Origin: Catajapyx aquilonaris
Taxonomy: Eukaryota
DNA length: 53,047 nt
NCBI GenBank assembly: GCA_000934665.2
Contig: KZ538696.1
Span: 1-53,047, forward strand
Direction: 5' to 3'
The notes below the pieces were generated by a model. It made no database searches. It saw nothing but the letters and a program-made list of their open reading frames with translations, and was not told the DNA's origin. Shown in pieces: positions 49,794 through 53,047 of the stretch (positions are counted from its first letter, which is position 1; each line of letters opens with the position of its first letter). The position numbers and the translations under genes are program-made.

Positions 49794-51536
49794 TATTTCA
49801 TGCCGCGAGGAAAGGACAGTTTACCACTTTGGATTGTGCAATTAGTGAAGGAAATAGGGAGGCATGGTGGTTGGGGGAAACCTCTCATCATCTTGCCTCA
49901 GATCTTGGAATAGTATACGGTACAGTCCTTTCGACGACGGCCTTTCCAGGCAAGGATGAACATAAATTTTCCTGTTTTGCCTGCACTTTTTATTCCTTGT
50001 CAATAGAAGGAGAAGCAATAATGCATTTATAGCCACTGGTTGCCATACTGAATCTGGCCCACCTGCTGCATGGCGAGCGTCTGCTCCAGTGCAGTGGCCG
50101 ACTCCAGCGCTTGCAGTGCCGGAAGCCAGCGACTGCAGTAGGCTGTGGCTGTGGCGCGCGACTGAAGTGGCCACGTTGAATAGGCCTTTAGCGAACCATG
50201 GGACACAGATACCGTATTCGAGGAGTGTCATAGGGCTGGCTGGGGTAGTAAAGGCCTCATCCCCCACAGCCAGTCGGAGTCGACCAAAATGGTTCAGAGT
50301 TGGCCGTTAGGTAAGGCGCGACCATCTTGGCACTTGACTCTAGCGCCAGCCGTGGCAAACCCCCCTCGGTGGGGGAAATTAGCTAAGCTCACGGGGGTAG
50401 CAATGTATTGGTATAGGGAGTGACTGGGGGCTGGTTCACTCTATCCGCACAAGTCTACTTGAAAGAATGAGAAAAGGGCTATTCTAATCACGCTCACGTG
50501 ATTTGGCAATCTTGTTTAGGTGACGCAGGTAGGTGACAGTTGATCTTGTTTATGGGGCGTTAACTTGCGTCTCCCTTCATCGCTGACTACCCCTTATAGT
50601 GAAATGTCGTGATGTTGTTGTTGTTTTGTTGTTTTGGAAATGGTAAACTTGGCAATGCTATCTATCAATACACATATACAAACCCTATTCGGAAAGTCTA
50701 TCGTTTATCCGCACCTAGCGACGCGGTGGGATTGGCAGGGCGTCGTGTGCTCCAAACATGTTGGCTAGGCGTCGCAAACAACCGGTTGCCGGGAGAGCAT
50801 AACAAAGGGCGTCTTCTTACCCCTGCCACGCGAACCGTTCAGACGAGTGCTAGGACCGTGGGAAATATGAAAGCCATGATGGTTGCTGCAGTCCGTTAAC
50901 CCAAAGAACGATATGATGTCACACACTAGCCGTGTTTTCTGAGCGTGTGCAGTAGTATGCCTGCAGGAGTCGTGGGCATGATTGGAAGGGAGAGCCGGGT
51001 GGTGGCGGGCGTAACTTGGCGTCATGACTGTGTGAAGGTGTACTTCGCGCTTGGCAAAGCCACAATAACGTTCGTTGGCCTGCGGCGCCACAAGACGGAC
51101 AGTAAATGTTGCGGATACAGAAACCCACAATAAGCGCCCAGCTCCGCTATCGCTCCGCAAAAACTAAAAATTTCACGCATGGGCGACGTACCGTGCCTGG
51201 CAGGGTCACAACAATGTAGAGTACTGTTGCGGTAACAAAAAACCATACGGCAACACCAAGACAAAGGGCTATTCCATCCACTTAATCACCTCCAAATCCC
51301 GAATTGAATCCCCGAAAGCCCGAAAAGACGAATAAAGCACAGTTCCATGTAACCATGCAGCAGTATCAATAGGTACCCGATTGTTTGCGACGCAACGTTG
51401 CCAACCGTCGGGAGGCCTAACACCGACCGTGTTGTTAAGGTGCGGATAAACAATAGTTTATCCCACTATTCGACCGTGGATCCGTTCTTGGAAAGAAAAA
51501 GTCTGAGATGGTGTTCCAACTATGTGAGTCGATTTA

Positions 51537-51713
51537 TGTTGTGTCATGTTGTAATTATTGTAACCGGTCAGTTGCCAGACAACTGTGATTTGTTTGTCTT
51601 GTTGTAGGAACAGACCAAGTAGCTGGTCTGTTCTCGAGCTCCAGTCGTATTCTTGAAATACACCTGTTTAGTTCATCACCTGAGTCCTTCTTACCAGCCG
51701 CCCATACACAACT
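51537..51713 (+). mobile_element. 5' LTR of a Gypsy retrotransposon
   Basis: TGTTGTGT...ACACAAC(T) inverted termini immediately upstream of the PBS. Confidence 0.7.
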
Positions 51714-51717
51714 TTTC

Positions 51718-51735
51718 TGGCGACGAGGATGGGAT
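51718..51735 (+). promoter_or_regulatory. Primer-binding site complementary to the tRNA-Ser(GCU) 3' end
   Basis: TGGCGACGAGGATGGGAT is the reverse complement of ...AUCCCAUCCUCGUCGCCA, the tRNA-Ser(GCU) 3' end as I recall it. Confidence 0.85.
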
Positions 51736-51833
51736 CCATGACGGGATCTGACGGCTACGTGTGGGTAAGAAGGTTCTAGTTTTCCACAACGTGGACAAAA
51801 TTTTCACCAAGAGGTTAGCGTTTGTTGGTAACC

Positions 51834-52537
51834 ATGGCCCCTGGTATGGTGAAGCCCCTTGAGTCTTTCGTACCTGGAACGGCGGCGAACTGGACTCTGT
51901 ACGAAGAGAGATGCCGGATTTTCTTCAGGGCAGCCAAAATAAAGGATGAACAACAGAAAGGTGACCTGTTCCTGTCAATGTGTGGAGCAGATACCTATGC
52001 TTTACTCAGGTCACTCATGAGCCCTACCTCACCAATTGGAGCCAGTTACTCCACTATCGTAGAGACACTTAGAAGGCACTACGTACCTGCCCCTTCACCT
52101 ATTGTGGAACGGTTCCACTTGCATAAGAGGGACCAAAAGGTGGGGGAAGAAGTTGCTCAGTATGTTGCAGAACTTCGAAGGTTGTCGGCAAATTGTGATT
52201 ATGGTGAGATGTTGGAGGAGATGCTCAGGGACAGATTTGTGTGGGGCCTGAGAGACCAGGCCACACAGGTGCGTTTGCTGGGAGAAGCCAACCTGACCTT
52301 CAACAAGGCCGTGGACATCGCACTGCAGCAGAGGCAGCTGGGATAAATGTGAAACAATTGCGTTCGCAGTCCACCATGGAGTCAGAGGTGCACCAGATAA
52401 GAGGAAGGCCGGATGTCCAGAAGCCCGGAGTTCGGTGTTTTCGTTGCGGCTCCACTAATCACCATGGCAACACATGTTGGGCCAAGGAGGTGAGCTGTAA
52501 TCTATGTGGAAAAAATGGTCACATAGCCAAGGTCTGA
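51834..52537 (+). pseudogene. gag: Gypsy (Mag-clade, K02A2.6-like) gag, frameshifted
   Basis: NWTLYEER...ERFHLHKRDQ...LRDRFVWGL; frameshift near 52325; two zinc knuckles CFRCGSTNHHGNTC and CNLCGKNGHIAKV* (last Cys is a stop). Confidence 0.9.
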
Positions 52538-52548
52538 TTGCAGGGGTG

Positions 52549-53047
52549 AGTCCAGTCCGGAGTGAATATCCAGAACTGTTCTCTGGAAATCTGGGTCATG
52601 CTGTAGGCCCACCGGTGTCCATAGCAATAGATGCTCAAGTCCAGCCAGTGTTTTGTAAGAGTCGTTCGGTTCCGTTTGCCCTGGCAGCGGAGCTGGACCG
52701 TTTGGTGAAGATATGGACGTTGACCCCCTGTCGTCATTCAAAGTGGGCTACACCTATCGTTCCTGTCAGAAAAGGATCTGGTGGAATTCGACTTTGCGGT
52801 GACTATAAGGCTCCAGTCAACAAGGCGATTTTGATGGATCACTACACCCTTCCTACAGTGGGGGAACTTTTGGCAACCTCGGGTGGATCAGTGATTTTTT
52901 CAAAGTTGGATCTGGCTGAGGCATACACTCAGTTGGAACTGGACGAGGCATCCAAGGAGATTCTAACCCTGAACACGCAGAAAGGATTGTTCAGAGTGAA
53001 CAGACTACCGTTTGGCATTGCTTCGGCACCAAGCATTTTTCAACGGT
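52549..53047 (+). pseudogene. pol: Gypsy pol, N-terminal reverse transcriptase (runs off the window); protease missing
   Basis: EYPELF...SVPFAL...KWATPIVPVRK...IRLCGDYK...FSKLDLAEAYTQL...GLFRVNRLPFGIASAPSIFQR. Confidence 0.95.

Larger units (their letters stand above)
47294..50187. mobile_element. PIF/Harbinger-type element Z
   Basis: TTA TSD (47291-47293, 50188-50190); TIR GGCCCTGTTCACACGTAGCCACT / AGTGGCCACGTTGAATAGGCCT. Confidence 0.8.
47066..50238 (-). mobile_element. hAT-type element X (copy X0), split by Harbinger MITE Z
   Basis: CAGCCCCCTGTCAC...GTGTCATAGGGCTG; TSD GTTGGGGT/GCTGGGGT; rejoined halves match X2. Confidence 0.88.
46904..50433. mobile_element. hAT-type palindromic MITE W (outer shell of the nest)
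   Basis: TIR CAGCCCCCAGTCACT; perfect 8-bp TSD GTTCACTC (46896-46903, 50434-50441); about 160-bp arms. Confidence 0.9.

Noticed and set aside
50600..51300. CpG-rich stretch with several short ORFs
   Set aside because: No frame gave a recognisable motif; probably a transposon interior but unassigned

Overview
Repeat-dense eukaryotic (probably invertebrate animal) genomic DNA with no complete cellular gene. Most ORF-track entries are spurious. The window is dominated by non-autonomous DNA transposons/MITEs, assigned from termini and target-site duplications (TSDs) read by eye: Tc1/mariner-type (TA), hAT-type (8 bp), PIF/Harbinger-type (TWA), TTAA-type and CAC-ended foldbacks. It also holds three copies of a small Helitron, tRNA-derived SINEs of at least two families, decayed mariner and Academ-like coding relics, and the 5' part of a decayed Mag-clade Gypsy LTR retrotransposon (LTR, tRNA-Ser PBS, gag, RT) at the right edge. 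Several short minus-strand exon candidates suggest the window is the 5'/intronic part of a large gene with alternative first coding exons. Highlights: a TSD-bounded hAT-like element containing a 1.5 kb inverted copy of DNA from about 20 kb away; a multi-level nest of MITEs at 46.9-50.4 kb in which related hAT-like elements repeatedly insert into each other; a phased array of about 33 p53-type decamers beside a putative first exon; and a mariner MITE built from two inverted transposase 3' ends. All calls were made by eye without database searches.
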